Shown: one piece after another, positions 37,368 to 37,522 of the stretch | Layout of the letters: every line of letters starts with the position of its first letter | Numbering within the stretch: position 1 is the stretch's first letter | Assembly (NCBI GenBank): GCA_963977445.1 | Contig: CAXBPH010000034.1 | Location: forward strand, 1 to 37,522 | DNA length: 37,522 nt | From: an uncultured bacterium | GTDB lineage: Bacteria > Hydrogenedentota > Hydrogenedentia > Hydrogenedentales > JAEUWI01 | Direction of reading: 5' to 3' | Made by a program: the position numbers and the translations under genes | Notes under the pieces: generated by a model | The model's database searches: none | Told to the model about the DNA's origin: nothing | What the model saw: only the letters and a program-made list of their open reading frames with translations

Positions 37368-37522
37368 TGTGGGAACGGCCTGTTGCGTCACCGGTGTATT
37401 TAATCGCAGGGCAATCACATTAAAACCGGCGCACACAATATAGGCTTGATGGGCTCCTGAATCAACGAAGCGAACGCGATAGTGCCACCCGATCACGCTC
37501 TTCGTACGGCGTAGTCGTACCA

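Noticed and set aside
37370..37522. Possible 3' end of an upstream minus-strand gene
   Set aside because: Several frames are possible and there is too little sequence to call.
1..37522. CRISPR arrays, tRNA/rRNA, prophage, integrase, transposase or anti-phage defence genes
   Set aside because: No regularly spaced direct repeats, RNA gene signatures or relevant protein motifs were seen by eye.

Overview
Bacterial chromosomal window of moderately high GC. The gene repertoire (PSD1/DUF1501 pair, redoxin-cytochrome c fusion, receptor Ser/Thr kinases) resembles PVC-superphylum or Hydrogenedentota-like organisms; this is inference only. In order: a 3'-truncated soluble triple-PAS chemoreceptor missed by the ORF track (1-1818), a redoxin/cytochrome c protein, Rieske ferredoxin, Dabb protein, ankyrin protein, hotdog thioesterase plus glycosyltransferase, GDPD coupled to an HD hydrolase, PSD1-cytochrome c/DUF1501/NagX-like genes, a heavy-metal cluster (small Cys/His ORF-czcCBA, nested miniature repeats, P1B-ATPase, peroxiredoxin-like gene), gltA, nhaA, a degenerate REC-GGDEF protein, two tandem membrane Ser/Thr kinases with beta-propeller ectodomains, a NagD-like HAD hydrolase and pyrFE. 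No rRNA, tRNA, CRISPR array, transposase, integrase or defence gene was seen. The strongest candidates for undescribed biology are: (i) a sigma54 promoter with enhancer-like sites driving a ~270-nt three-hairpin leader and possible leaderless uORF in front of the HAD gene; (ii) an asymmetric tandem receptor-kinase pair converging on a catalytically degenerate but I-site-intact REC-GGDEF protein; (iii) a redoxin-cytochrome c protein whose monooxygenase-like domain appears to have lost its copper ligands. All family calls come from motif recognition by eye, not from database searches.
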